Shown here: one piece after another, positions 20,864-30,336 of the stretch
How the letters are laid out: each line of letters opens with the position of its first letter
Position numbering within the stretch: the first letter of the stretch is position 1
From: Verrucomicrobiota bacterium
Lineage (GTDB): Bacteria; Verrucomicrobiota; Verrucomicrobiia; Limisphaerales; AAA164-E04
Assembly (NCBI GenBank): GCA_047947115.1
Contig: CP170459.1
Location: forward strand, 3,968,001 to 4,032,000
DNA length: 64,000 bases
Direction of reading: 5' to 3'
The notes under the pieces: generated by a model
The model's input: the letters and a program-made list of their open reading frames with translations, nothing else
What the model was told of the DNA's origin: nothing
Database searches by the model: none
Position numbers and translations under genes: made by a program

Positions 20864-22615
20864 TCACCCTCCTTGTTTTTCCAAAGCAGGCCGCACTGGA
20901 ATGCGTATTTGAATGGTCGTTCCCTGCTGTTTTTTTGAATCGATACGTATGATGCCGCAGTGGGATTCCACGATTTTTTTGACCACCATCAACCCCAAAC
21001 CCGTGCCTTGCGGTTTTTTGGACTGTAATAGTCCGGTTGAGGTTAATACCTGCTTTTCATCCAGACCATGACCGGAATCCTTGAATTGTACGCACACCTG
21101 GTCACCTTGCTCGTTCGTCGAAAGTGAAGTGGACAGTTGAAGCTCCCCGCCGTCAGGCATGGCTTCAATCGCATTCAACGTCAAATTCAACAAGACCTGC
21201 TCAAGTTGTCCCGCATCGGCAGTGATGAAGGGCAGAGAAGTCGCCAGTTGCATCTGAAAATCAATACGATGCTGCTTCATCTTGTGACGAGTGAGCAGAT
21301 AGAGGTTTTGAGCCAATTGATTGATATCCACCTTGCCAGTCTTGGGTTCGGATTGTCGGGCGAAATCCAGAACGCGCTCCACGATGTCATTCAACTGATC
21401 CATCTTTCTTCCCAACAGCTCGGCGTCTTCATGTCGTGGATCATCTTCCGGAAACTGCAGATTGAGCGCATGGTAAACCATTTTCATGACGGTCAATGGA
21501 TTCCGGATCTCATGAGCGACCTCGGCCGCCAGCAGCCCCAGCGCGGATAGTTTCTCACGACCGCGCATGGTTTCTTCCATCTGGCGAATCTCCTTGTTCA
21601 ATTTCGCGCGCTGAATCGCGGTGGCCGAAGTGTTGCTGAAAGCCTTTAGAATCAATATTTCTTCATCTGAAAAATTGTGTGGCTTGCCAGTGTAAACGCT
21701 CAAGACACCGATCGGACTGTCTCCCAGCATCAAGGGAACACTGAGCATACTGACCAGCCCCTCGGCTCTGGCGATTTCCGTGCTTTGATACATGCTGGAT
21801 CGGCGCACGTTCTTTAATTGGATCGCCTGTTTCCTTCGAACAACACTGCCCGCAAAACTTTCATCGATATGGAGTCGCGGTTTGGATTTATAAATTTCTC
21901 CTGCACCATAGGATGCCATCAGTTCCAGCCATTCACCCGCCGCATCCAGCAACAAAACCGAACACATTCGGGCCTGCATCAACTTGGATGCCTCACGTGT
22001 CACCGCATCCAGGGCTTCCTCCAAATCGAACACATTCTGAATGGTTTCGTTGATGGTTGCCAGTGATTCAAACATGCGGGCCTTATAACGTATTTGTTCG
22101 TAAAGCCAGGTGTTGCTGATGACCTTGGCCGCCTGCAGCGCCAGATCACTGAGCATTTCCTGATCATTCAACCCAAATGCACCCGGCTTTGTGGAATCCA
22201 CATTCAACACTCCTCTGATCTGATCGTTGACATCAAACGGCACCGCCAGTTCAGATCGAACCTCTTCCCATAAAGCTGTGTATCGAGCGTCCTGATCGAC
22301 TTCATTGACAAGGGCAGGGGAGTCATGCTTGGCCACCCACCCTGTGATCCCCTTTCCGATCGGCAGTTCGTAGTCCTTGGCGACGTCCTCCGGAATACCG
22401 ATGGCAGCCTGAAGTTCCAGCATGGCCGTGGTCGGGTTGACCAACGATATGCTGGCAGAATTGGCTTTGGTCAGATCTTTGGCCTGTTTCAGGATGATTT
22501 CGAGCGCCTGTTTGGGATCCAGCGATTCATGGATTTCATTGCTGACCTGATAAAGGAGCCGCAAGCGCTCATAATCCGCCCTGAGTTTTTCATATGCTCC
22601 CATTTGTTCACCCAT
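20864..22615 (-). CDS. Cytoplasmic sensor histidine kinase with two GAF domains
   Basis: GITGWV and SELAVP (GAF); AHEIRNPL H-box; QVLLNL..NA, DSG.G, GTGLGL; start uncertain (22615 or 22603). Confidence 0.9.
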   Translation of the reverse strand: MGEQMGAYEKLRADYERLRLLYQVSNEIHESLDPKQALEIILKQAKDLTKANSASISLVNPTTAMLELQAAIGIPEDVAKDYELPIGKGITGWVAKHDSPALVNEVDQDARYTALWEEVRSELAVPFDVNDQIRGVLNVDSTKPGAFGLNDQEMLSDLALQAAKVISNTWLYEQIRYKARMFESLATINETIQNVFDLEEALDAVTREASKLMQARMCSVLLLDAAGEWLELMASYGAGEIYKSKPRLHIDESFAGSVVRRKQAIQLKNVRRSSMYQSTEIARAEGLVSMLSVPLMLGDSPIGVLSVYTGKPHNFSDEEILILKAFSNTSATAIQRAKLNKEIRQMEETMRGREKLSALGLLAAEVAHEIRNPLTVMKMVYHALNLQFPEDDPRHEDAELLGRKMDQLNDIVERVLDFARQSEPKTGKVDINQLAQNLYLLTRHKMKQHRIDFQMQLATSLPFITADAGQLEQVLLNLTLNAIEAMPDGGELQLSTSLSTNEQGDQVCVQFKDSGHGLDEKQVLTSTGLLQSKKPQGTGLGLMVVKKIVESHCGIIRIDSKKQQGTTIQIRIPVRPALEKQGG

Positions 22616-22704
22616 ATGATGGATAAGTAGCACATTAATGAGACCGGGCATAGAGCATAATCTTTGACGGCCCTTGCTTCTTGCAGTGACCAGCAACACG
22701 ACTT

Positions 22705-23178
22705 ATGTTGCCGCCGGTAGCAAGAATGAACGATCAAGAAAATTCGACACCCGAAATGGATGACGCGATGTTTGCCTACAGTCAGGCGGACTACCAGGAA
22801 AGCATCCGTTTACTGAAACAAATCCTTGAAGCCCAACCAGAACATTTTGAAGCATTAACAGCGTTGAGCATGGCCTATTGCCGTCTGGAACGATTTGAGG
22901 AAGCCACTCGATTAGGTCATCAGGCCGAGTCCATGCGTCCCAATGATCCGCTGGTGCACACCAATCTTTCCTTGTTTTACGTGAAGCAAGGCAACAAGGA
23001 AAAAGCGGAACACCACGGGTTACAGGCAAAGATAGCTTCCTGGAAAACCGAAATGAATCCATCCGCCAACCATGCCGAATCAGACAGTGATTCCAACATA
23101 CCCATGCAACAGCCAAAGATGGAAACCTATAAGACTCCATCGAAATTTCCGGATATGCCGTGGAAAAACAAGTCATGA
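22705..23178 (+). CDS. TPR-repeat protein
   Basis: TPR-like helices (L..AY.R...EA; P.DPL.HTNLS..Y...G..E.A). Confidence 0.75.
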   Translation: MLPPVARMNDQENSTPEMDDAMFAYSQADYQESIRLLKQILEAQPEHFEALTALSMAYCRLERFEEATRLGHQAESMRPNDPLVHTNLSLFYVKQGNKEKAEHHGLQAKIASWKTEMNPSANHAESDSDSNIPMQQPKMETYKTPSKFPDMPWKNKS

Positions 23179-23197
23179 CAAATGACCCGCCTGTCAT

Positions 23198-23443
23198 TTA
23201 TTCGACCAATTGATGGCTGTCATCAGCCGTCAGGTCGAGTTCGTACACTTCACTCAACATTTTGATCTTCTTGATGGTTTTGGCGGAAAATGGCTGTTTT
23301 CCTTCAAAGCAGTGCAAAGTCATGCCTTCAATTAAATCTCCCAGGGATAAGTCGAGATGCTCAGCAAGAGCTTTTAAAATTTTTAAAATACGTTTCTCGA
23401 TACGAATTCCAGTTTGCACGTGTTGTACGTTTTTTGATTCCAT
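23198..23443 (-). CDS. Small conserved hypothetical protein, ribbon-helix-helix-like N-terminus
   Basis: VQTGIRIEKRILKILKALAEHLDLSLGDLIE resembles an RHH strand-helix-helix. Confidence 0.65.
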   Translation of the reverse strand: MESKNVQHVQTGIRIEKRILKILKALAEHLDLSLGDLIEGMTLHCFEGKQPFSAKTIKKIKMLSEVYELDLTADDSHQLVE

Positions 23444-23567
23444 AACAAGGTATCCAAATGTGGATTTTGAAATGTATCAAGGTAAAAGGGTATTCAGATA
23501 GGCCAATTCAGGAATTTAAATTAAACATAACAAATATTGTGCGAAGAAAATCGGGGTCATTTAAATT

Positions 23568-23966
23568 CTAAGACACAGGTTTGATTCCTATTTCTTCAAG
23601 CTTCTTGCTGTATTCTTCACTGACGACGCTCAGTTCATAAAAACTAGCATCAACACATTCGATCGTTAGGATCGGTTTGGCGAAGCAATACTCACTAAAT
23701 CCAGTAAATTCTCCATCCATTACTTGATAATCATCGCAAGAAACAAATCGTTGAAATTCTGAATTTGAGATTACGAACCCCATTTCTAAATCATCTGACA
23801 GTTGTTCCAATGTCTGAACGGACAAACCAAAAGGAGACGGATAACGCAGGTTTATTCTTTTTATCGACCACAAGTCTGCCCAAATTGGAGGTAGTTCAGC
23901 CAACAAACTCCTGAATCCAATGAGAGCCCCGGGTGGTAATTGTTTGGCAATATGGTATTTGCTCAT
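23568..23966 (-). CDS. Hypothetical protein (immunity-protein-like, AT-rich islet)
   Basis: 132 aa from ATG 23966, acidic, AT-rich; function inferred from context only. Confidence 0.55.
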   Translation of the reverse strand: MSKYHIAKQLPPGALIGFRSLLAELPPIWADLWSIKRINLRYPSPFGLSVQTLEQLSDDLEMGFVISNSEFQRFVSCDDYQVMDGEFTGFSEYCFAKPILTIECVDASFYELSVVSEEYSKKLEEIGIKPVS

Positions 23967-24051
23967 ATCAAGGAAATGGAATTGCAGGCTCAATTCGAGA
24001 TTACGGAAAAAATAGGCAAAAGGCCGGCACTTGAAATAAGCATGATGCAAA

Positions 24052-24403
24052 TTATAGATTTTGAACAGCGTCATTAGCAATCAAACTGTATGCCTTCTTT
24101 GAAGCGTGCACAACTGATCGCCACTCATCAGTCTGTATGTAAAACGAATCTTCTTCATCCATCCCATATTTCTCGAAGACGATGTCCAAATTTCTAACAA
24201 CATCACGAACTGCAGCTGCCTCGCGTTTATTGAACAGATAAAAACCGATGGCTTTTTCAGGAGCTTCTCCCAAGACCGTATCATCAAAGATGAAATGGAT
24301 GACAAAATCCAAACAGTCAAATTTGATTTTATTTTTAGGATTGTATTGGCTCCACTTTTGTAGCAAGGGGCAAATACCTTGGGAATATGGTGCTTTTTGC
24401 CAT
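24052..24403 (-). pseudogene. SCO4402-like protein with apparent N-terminal frameshift or deletion
   Basis: RBS-like AAGGGAAG plus ATG at 24403 (MAKSTIFPRY...) is out of frame with the body FDCLDFVIHFIFDDT...IG.YL....EA...EW..V..A. Confidence 0.45.
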
Positions 24404-24864
24404 TTTATCTTCCCTTATGGGATGCTAGTGTTCCCTAATGCGTTCAAGACAACTCAAAAATAGCGATAACGTAATCATAACTAGATTTGCTGCAATAATT
24501 AACACGTAATGAGAGATGCTTATCTCTTCAAGAAATATGGGCACACCCCCCGTTGTATAATGCGTAAAAAACGGAAACTGGATGTCATTTTATTTCGGGA
24601 ATTTTTCTTCCCTGATGAAAATGTCGCTTTTTGGAAACGAATGTCGCATATTCGTTACTACTAAAAGCCTAAATGCGCATTTAGTATGACTACATATTGG
24701 AATCAGGTGGGAAAATGAAAAAGATGCCTAGGACTTTGTTTATGGAACGGCAACACTTGATAGCTTTGATTCAGTCCAAAGAAAATTACAGATGGATAAT
24801 CGAGGAGATGGTATTCCCCTACCCCGCCCGTTCAATTAAACGTAACGCGGTCTTGTGCGAAGAT

Positions 24865-25923
24865 TCATGCATGAATCTGAATAGTCCCGGTCCTTAAATC
24901 GGTGAAATGGCCGATTTCTTTTGCGGACACTCCTGCTTGTGCAAGTTTATTAAGTAATGCCGTTGAGTTTTCTGGCGCAACGGCGAATAACAAGCCTCCA
25001 GAGGTTTGGGCATCGGCCAGGATCAGTTGGTCTAATTCCGGGATGAATGGATCAAATTGGACGGATGATGACACTGCCTTGAGGTTTCGGTGGGTCCCTC
25101 CGGGGATGTAGTCTTCTTTGGCCAGTTCGTGGACGCCGTCCAGTATGGGGACGCATGACAGGTTCAGTTGGACTCCGACTCCCTCCAGCATTTCTCGAAG
25201 ATGACCCAGCAACCCGAATCCTGTCACATCGGTGCAGGCGTGGACGCCGATACTCTGCGCGGCTTCGGCTGCTTTGCGGTTGAGGGTGGCCATAGTGTCG
25301 ATGGCCTGTTTTTCGATGGTTGCGTCTTTGAATCCACTCCTCAGCGCTGTGGTGATGATGCCGACTCCGATAGGTTTGGTGAGGATGAGTTTGTCGCCTG
25401 GTTGGGCGCCGACGTTGGTCCAGTAACGTTTGGGGTGAACAAAACCGGTGACGCAGAGGCCGTATTTGGGTTCGTTGTCGTCGATGCTGTGGCCGCCAAC
25501 GATGGAAATGCCGGCTTCGGCGGCTTTATCGGCGCCTCCACGGAGGATGTCGCCCAGCACTGATAAAGGAAGTGCGTCGTTCTTCCGCGGGAAACCGACG
25601 ATGTTGAGCGCCATGGTGGGTTTGCCTCCCATGGCATAAACGTCGCTGAGTGAATTCGCCGCGGCGATGGCGCCGAACAGGTACGGATCGTCGACCACCG
25701 GCGTGAAGAAATCGACGGTCTGTATGATCGCAAGTTCGTCTGACACACGATAAACAGCGGCATCGTCCGCCGTTCGCGTGCCGACCAGCACGTTGGGATC
25801 AGTGATTGCTGGCAAACCGCCCAGAACCTGAGCGAGGTCCTCCGGACCTAATTTGGCCGCTCAACCCGCGCAATGCGATAGCTGAGTCAATCTGATTGGA
25901 TTGTTTGTCTCTACGGATTCCAT
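24865..25923 (-). CDS. selD: Selenide, water dikinase (selenophosphate synthetase), selenocysteine-containing, 352 aa
   Basis: ATG 25923 gives MESVETNNPIRLTQLSHCAG-UGA-AAKLGPEDL in frame with DDAAV, TVDFF, NSLSDVYAMGG, GGHS, TDVTGFGL.GH and DAQTSGGLL. Confidence 0.93.
25829..25863 (-). promoter_or_regulatory. Bacterial SECIS-like hairpin
   Basis: UGAGCG-GCCAAAUU-AGGUCC-GGA-GGACCU-CGCUCA: two 6-bp stems, G-containing apical loop, starting at the Sec codon. Confidence 0.75.
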
Positions 25924-26035
25924 ATAAATCGGGCGTATCCTACCACTGGCTGACTCGGATGAAAAGCTATCACTGCTCATACAAACCAAATCACCAGTTT
26001 ACGAATCACCTGATGCGTGGCATGATAAGACACCA

Positions 26036-26881
26036 ATGGAAGTCCAGTTTGAAACCATGCCTGTCGTTTTGACGGATGAGGAACTTGCTGATTTGAGGCG
26101 GGCTCGACTGATGTTGGAGCAGCCCAGCATGGCGTCCCGGCTGACCAAACTGGTTGGACGGCCGATTGAAGGAGCCTTCAAGGCCCTGCCCTTTGGCTGG
26201 AACCGAGCGATTCATGCCGCATCAGGATCGGCGCTTTCCAAGGCCACCCGTGTTGCCACCTGGACCATGTTGAACCGCCAGGGAAAACCATCTTCGGACG
26301 GATTTCATCAATGTGTATCGATGGTTTCGGGTGGGTTGGGCGGGTCATTGGGACTGGCCACATTGATCTGGGAACTCCCTTTCTCCACCACTCTGATGCT
26401 GCGTTCCATTGCAGATATTGCCCGCAGCGAAGGCCATTCCTTGCGGGATCCTGCCACCCGCATGGCCTGCCTTGAAGTATTCGCATTTGAAGGTAAGCGT
26501 CGAGGTCAGGAAGAACCCGACAAACATTACTGGGCCGTCCGGTTGGCGTTGGCCAAAGCAGTATCCGAAGCGACGGCTCATGCGGCTTCGGCCAGAGTGG
26601 TCAGCAAGTCGGTCCCGGCGCTTACCCGGTTGATCAGTGCCATTGCGTCACGGTTTGGAGTGATGGTTTCGCAGCAGGTTGCCGCCAAAATGGTACCCAT
26701 CGTGGGGGCGGCCAGCGGCATGACCATCAATCTGATCTTTATTCACCATTTTCAAACAGTGGCTCGTGGGCATTTCATCGTCAAGCGACTGGAGAAAAAA
26801 TACGGGATGGAGACCATTAGAGATTTATATCAATCGGTGGCTTTGCCTTACAAACCTGGGAAAATCGAGAGTCGAAGGTGA
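26036..26881 (+). CDS. EcsC-family protein
   Basis: LEQPS...L...G.PIE, ELP.STT.MLRSIADIARSEG, CLEVFA, VP.VGA..G..IN..F..HFQ..ARGHF...RLE. Confidence 0.85.
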   Translation: MEVQFETMPVVLTDEELADLRRARLMLEQPSMASRLTKLVGRPIEGAFKALPFGWNRAIHAASGSALSKATRVATWTMLNRQGKPSSDGFHQCVSMVSGGLGGSLGLATLIWELPFSTTLMLRSIADIARSEGHSLRDPATRMACLEVFAFEGKRRGQEEPDKHYWAVRLALAKAVSEATAHAASARVVSKSVPALTRLISAIASRFGVMVSQQVAAKMVPIVGAASGMTINLIFIHHFQTVARGHFIVKRLEKKYGMETIRDLYQSVALPYKPGKIESRR

Positions 26882-26885
26882 GTCT

Positions 26886-28157
26886 TCAGTTTGTTTTGGG
26901 TAAAAAGAATGTCCAAAGCGATCCGCATAGACTCATGAGGCCGAACAGAAGTACGAACCACGATGCCGGATATTTGCCTCCCAGCGAAATCAATAAACCA
27001 GCCAGGATGAGGAAGCATCCCACCAAAGTGTTGCTGATAGCGACATAGTCGGTGCGTTTATTGCCTTCAGCCAGGTTGAGCAAATAGGTTTTCCGGCCGA
27101 CCCGAACACCCGCATGTGCCACGTGTAATACCATGAAAAGAAGGGGGTAGATCCAACGCACCAGGTGATTTCCCTGAGATATGCCCCGGGTGGCCAGAAT
27201 GGAAAAGCAGACCAAGGCTGCCAATCCTGAGGCACAGCTTAAGACACGTCGACTGGATTGATCCGCCATGCGTCCCCAGACCCATCCGCTGATGGCCGCA
27301 CCTACGGCTCCCGCCATCATGAAACTTCCCAGTTGTGACATGACAAGCCCGGTGGATTGCTGGGAAATGAGCACCAGATATGGCGCCGCCAAAGCAGAGC
27401 CGGTCATGAGGCTGCGGGTGATCAGGAAATTACGGAAAGGAACATCCTTACTCAAGAGATCCCAGGTGTGGGAGGTTTGTGCCATTGCGCTTTTTGCCCG
27501 TTCAGTTTTTCCGGCTTTTTCTCGAATGCCCTGATAGCTCACAATAGCTCCCCACCACAACAGGATGGCCAGGGCGAACGGCACCAACAACCAACCTTTT
27601 GCTTCCTCACGCATCAAAAATCCAATGCCACATAAGGCGAGCAAGATCGTTATTACGCCCGAACCGGTAGTCGCCCATCCATTCACCCTGCCCCGCTGAG
27701 ATTTTGAAACGGTTTTGCCCAGGATATCCTTGCCGGTAATGGAGCACACCGCTCGGCCAAGCGAAAACACAGCCAACGCAGTCAATATGAGCCAGCCACT
27801 GGCTGCACCTTCAAAAAAGCAGGCGGAAAGCCCCATCGCTATGATGGAAAAACTTTGGATCAATGCGCCGAAAATCCAGGCAGGTTTCCGGTAAGGAAGC
27901 GATCGAATGTAACCTGCCAGAGCAAATTGGGGCAGCATGGAAAGTGATTCGCGAACAGGAACCAGTAAACCGATCAGGTATACCGGGGCGCCCACTGCTC
28001 CCATGACCCAGGGTAATACCGTCTTGGTATTGACAAACTGGTCGCCTGTTTTGGTCAACAACATGGCCACCAATTGCCGTTTGATGTTGGAAGATCCATA
28101 GGGATCATCCATTGATTGGGGCTGTCCGGTCGTTTTTGGATGGGTTGATGGAGGCAT
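26886..28157 (-). CDS. MFS transporter
   Basis: About 12 TM segments, WGRMADQSSR (motif A-like), KD.LGKT; start uncertain. Confidence 0.8.
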   Translation of the reverse strand: MPPSTHPKTTGQPQSMDDPYGSSNIKRQLVAMLLTKTGDQFVNTKTVLPWVMGAVGAPVYLIGLLVPVRESLSMLPQFALAGYIRSLPYRKPAWIFGALIQSFSIIAMGLSACFFEGAASGWLILTALAVFSLGRAVCSITGKDILGKTVSKSQRGRVNGWATTGSGVITILLALCGIGFLMREEAKGWLLVPFALAILLWWGAIVSYQGIREKAGKTERAKSAMAQTSHTWDLLSKDVPFRNFLITRSLMTGSALAAPYLVLISQQSTGLVMSQLGSFMMAGAVGAAISGWVWGRMADQSSRRVLSCASGLAALVCFSILATRGISQGNHLVRWIYPLLFMVLHVAHAGVRVGRKTYLLNLAEGNKRTDYVAISNTLVGCFLILAGLLISLGGKYPASWFVLLFGLMSLCGSLWTFFLPKTN

Positions 28158-28259
28158 GCGCACAGATTGTCTACCTGGAAAAGGTAACAACCCGGCGATG
28201 GGGATGGCAATCCTGCATGCGACCATCAGTATGGCACAGGTCAAAAAATAGAATCAGTA

Positions 28260-28434
28260 TGGTAGGGGCTCCGTTTTCCCACCATTTCAAACCATAGAGC
28301 ATTCGAACCATTTTAAGCAGCAATGGAAACGCCCCAGTCATTCGAATACCCCCAGCTTCCCAAGTTCCGCGTCTTTTTGCTTATGAAAGATGTGAGGAAA
28401 AAGTATGGGATCGGGGATGGAACCCGACCCTCCG
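28260..28434 (+). repeat. Copy of the ~160-bp intergenic repeat (family A)
   Basis: AATGGAAACGCCCCAGTCATTCGA...AAGTATGGGATCGGGGATGGAACCCGACCCTCCG matches the units at 31331-31812. Confidence 0.85.
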
Positions 28435-28446
28435 TATTTATCCCAA

Positions 28447-29196
28447 TTACATATACAATCCGCCGTTGACCGAAATAACCTGGCCGGTGATGTAGGAAGC
28501 TGCCGGACTGGCCAGGAATGCCACCGCTGAAGCAACTTCTTCGGCAGTGCCCATCCTTCCCGCAGGTGTGAGACTGTTGACGTAATCAATGACCTTTTGG
28601 GGAATGTCCCTGGTCATGTCCGTTTCAATAAATCCCGGCGCCACGGCATTAACCGTCACTCCTTTTCGGGCGGTTTCGATGGCCAATGACTTGGTGAAAG
28701 AGATCAAGCCACCTTTGCTGGCAGAATAATTGGTTTGTCCGAAGTTGCCTTTCAACCCAACTATGGATGAGATATTAACGATGCGTCCCCATCCCGCATC
28801 CAGCATGCCAGGTAAAGCAGCCTGGGTGACATCAAATGTACTGGACAGATTGACATCAATCACCTCATCCCACTGCTCTTTGGTCATTTTCAGGAATGAT
28901 TTGTCGCGGGTAATCCCTGCGTTGTTTATCAAAACCGCAATAGGGCCCAAGTCGCCTGAAATTTTCTCCACCACACCCCGAATATTGAACGAATCCGAAA
29001 CATTTCCCTGATAAAGAGTGGCCTTACCCCCTGCCCCTTCAATGAAGGTTTTCACGGCGTTTGCCTCTGCCTCGGAGCGATTGTAGTTAATGGCGACGTG
29101 ACCACCGGCTTGTGCCAGTGCAATGGCGATGGCGCGACCGATACCCCGGCCGGCGCCTGTCACCAGACAGACTTTGTTTTTGAGTATGGCGGACAT
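28447..29196 (-). CDS. SDR-family 3-oxoacyl-ACP / acetoacetyl-CoA reductase (FabG/PhaB-like)
   Basis: TGAGRGIG, NNAGITRD, GQTNYSASK (YxxxK), NGGLYM end; start ATG 29196. Confidence 0.9.
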   Translation of the reverse strand: MSAILKNKVCLVTGAGRGIGRAIAIALAQAGGHVAINYNRSEAEANAVKTFIEGAGGKATLYQGNVSDSFNIRGVVEKISGDLGPIAVLINNAGITRDKSFLKMTKEQWDEVIDVNLSSTFDVTQAALPGMLDAGWGRIVNISSIVGLKGNFGQTNYSASKGGLISFTKSLAIETARKGVTVNAVAPGFIETDMTRDIPQKVIDYVNSLTPAGRMGTAEEVASAVAFLASPAASYITGQVISVNGGLYM

Positions 29197-29702
29197 AATA
29201 TTCCTTTTTGTGAAGGATTGAACGGGTGCTCCACCATACGTCAGGCAGAGCTGCTTGATCGGGCCACTCCAGGTCCCATAAATATCATCCACACGCGCAT
29301 GCCCCGAACCCATAGGATGTGCTTTTCAGTGATGCCCTTTCCCCCAAAAACACCATCCATGGTCTGACTTTCATACCACCACCGTATTCTCCTGGAATCC
29401 GGTTTGCTCGAGCGCATCCAATACTCACTCGACCTGGCTATCCACAAAACCCATACTAACAAGATAGGACCCAGGCAGTGCTTTCCATTGATTGGCTTTT
29501 GTTAACCATTCCCGGCGCCGTTCTGGTAGGTGATTGAGAGCAGTTGCCATGAAAACCATAACGATAAAGAAGGTGTCTTAAAGCATCTCCAGACCGGCCA
29601 ATTTGAATCAAGAGCATCGAAACCACAAGAACCACGCTTGAGCATTTCATCCGCATAGCCTAATACGTGGGGGGAGAACAGAGACAACAATTCTTAAACA
29701 CG

Positions 29703-29993
29703 ATGCTTAGGACACAGTTAATGAATTATCTGGTTGGGGATGGGATGAGCCTGAATCAGCTCAGTCGCTTGACCCGCAAAACGGTCAAGGAACTCGAAAG
29801 CGATCTGAATCACCTCGAAAAGAGCCTGAAGCACAAAGGGGCCAAGTTAGGTATCGATCCGGCTTTATGCCGCAAGTGCGGTTTCGAATTTCCCACCACG
29901 AAACTTCACAAACCTTCCCGTTGTCCGGAGTGCAAAGCCACCTGGATTCAGGAACCAAAGATTTTTGTGAAGGACAAAGTGGAATTGGATTAG
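29703..29993 (+). CDS. HTH plus Zn-ribbon transcriptional regulator (COG3357-like)
   Basis: DL.HL.KS, CRKCGFEF, KPSRCPECK..WI..P. Confidence 0.8.
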   Translation: MLRTQLMNYLVGDGMSLNQLSRLTRKTVKELESDLNHLEKSLKHKGAKLGIDPALCRKCGFEFPTTKLHKPSRCPECKATWIQEPKIFVKDKVELD

Positions 29994-30087
29994 GACGGAA
30001 TTCAGTGATTACGCAAATAACAATCATCGCAACGAAACCCAACATCGCATTCCAATGCCTGTAGCTTTCAAAAACGGCGACAACTCT

Positions 30088-30283
30088 CTGGAGTGCGGTG
30101 AGTATCACCGCTCTGGATACCGCCCGATAAAGCAGCAGCACATGATTTCATCACGAAGCTCACTAAGTCCATCAATGGATAACCAAAATCACGTTGGATA
30201 AAAAAAGATGCTACTGAACATGAAGAGAACCAACAGTCGCAGGGACGGTATCAAGAGCTGTGTCGAGCCTCAGCACTCCAAAT
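30088..30283. repeat. Inverted pair of REP-like hairpins (family B)
   Basis: CTGGAGTGCGGTGAGTATCACCGCTCTGGATAC (30088-30120) and a diverged inverted copy at 30248-30283. Confidence 0.7.
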
Positions 30284-30336
30284 TTACACTTTGGGGGTAT
30301 CCATGCTGCCAAAACAAATGATCAGCTTATTCATAG

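Noticed and set aside
23444..24860. Integron cassette array
   Set aside because: I found no attC-like RYYYAAC...GTTRRRY hairpins after the ORFs and no integrase.
25924..26035. tRNA-Sec (selC) next to selD
   Set aside because: No cloverleaf or T-loop motif visible here or elsewhere in the window.
28447..29196. PHA biosynthesis locus (phaB)
   Set aside because: No phaA, phaC or phasin nearby; cannot separate PhaB from FabG by eye.
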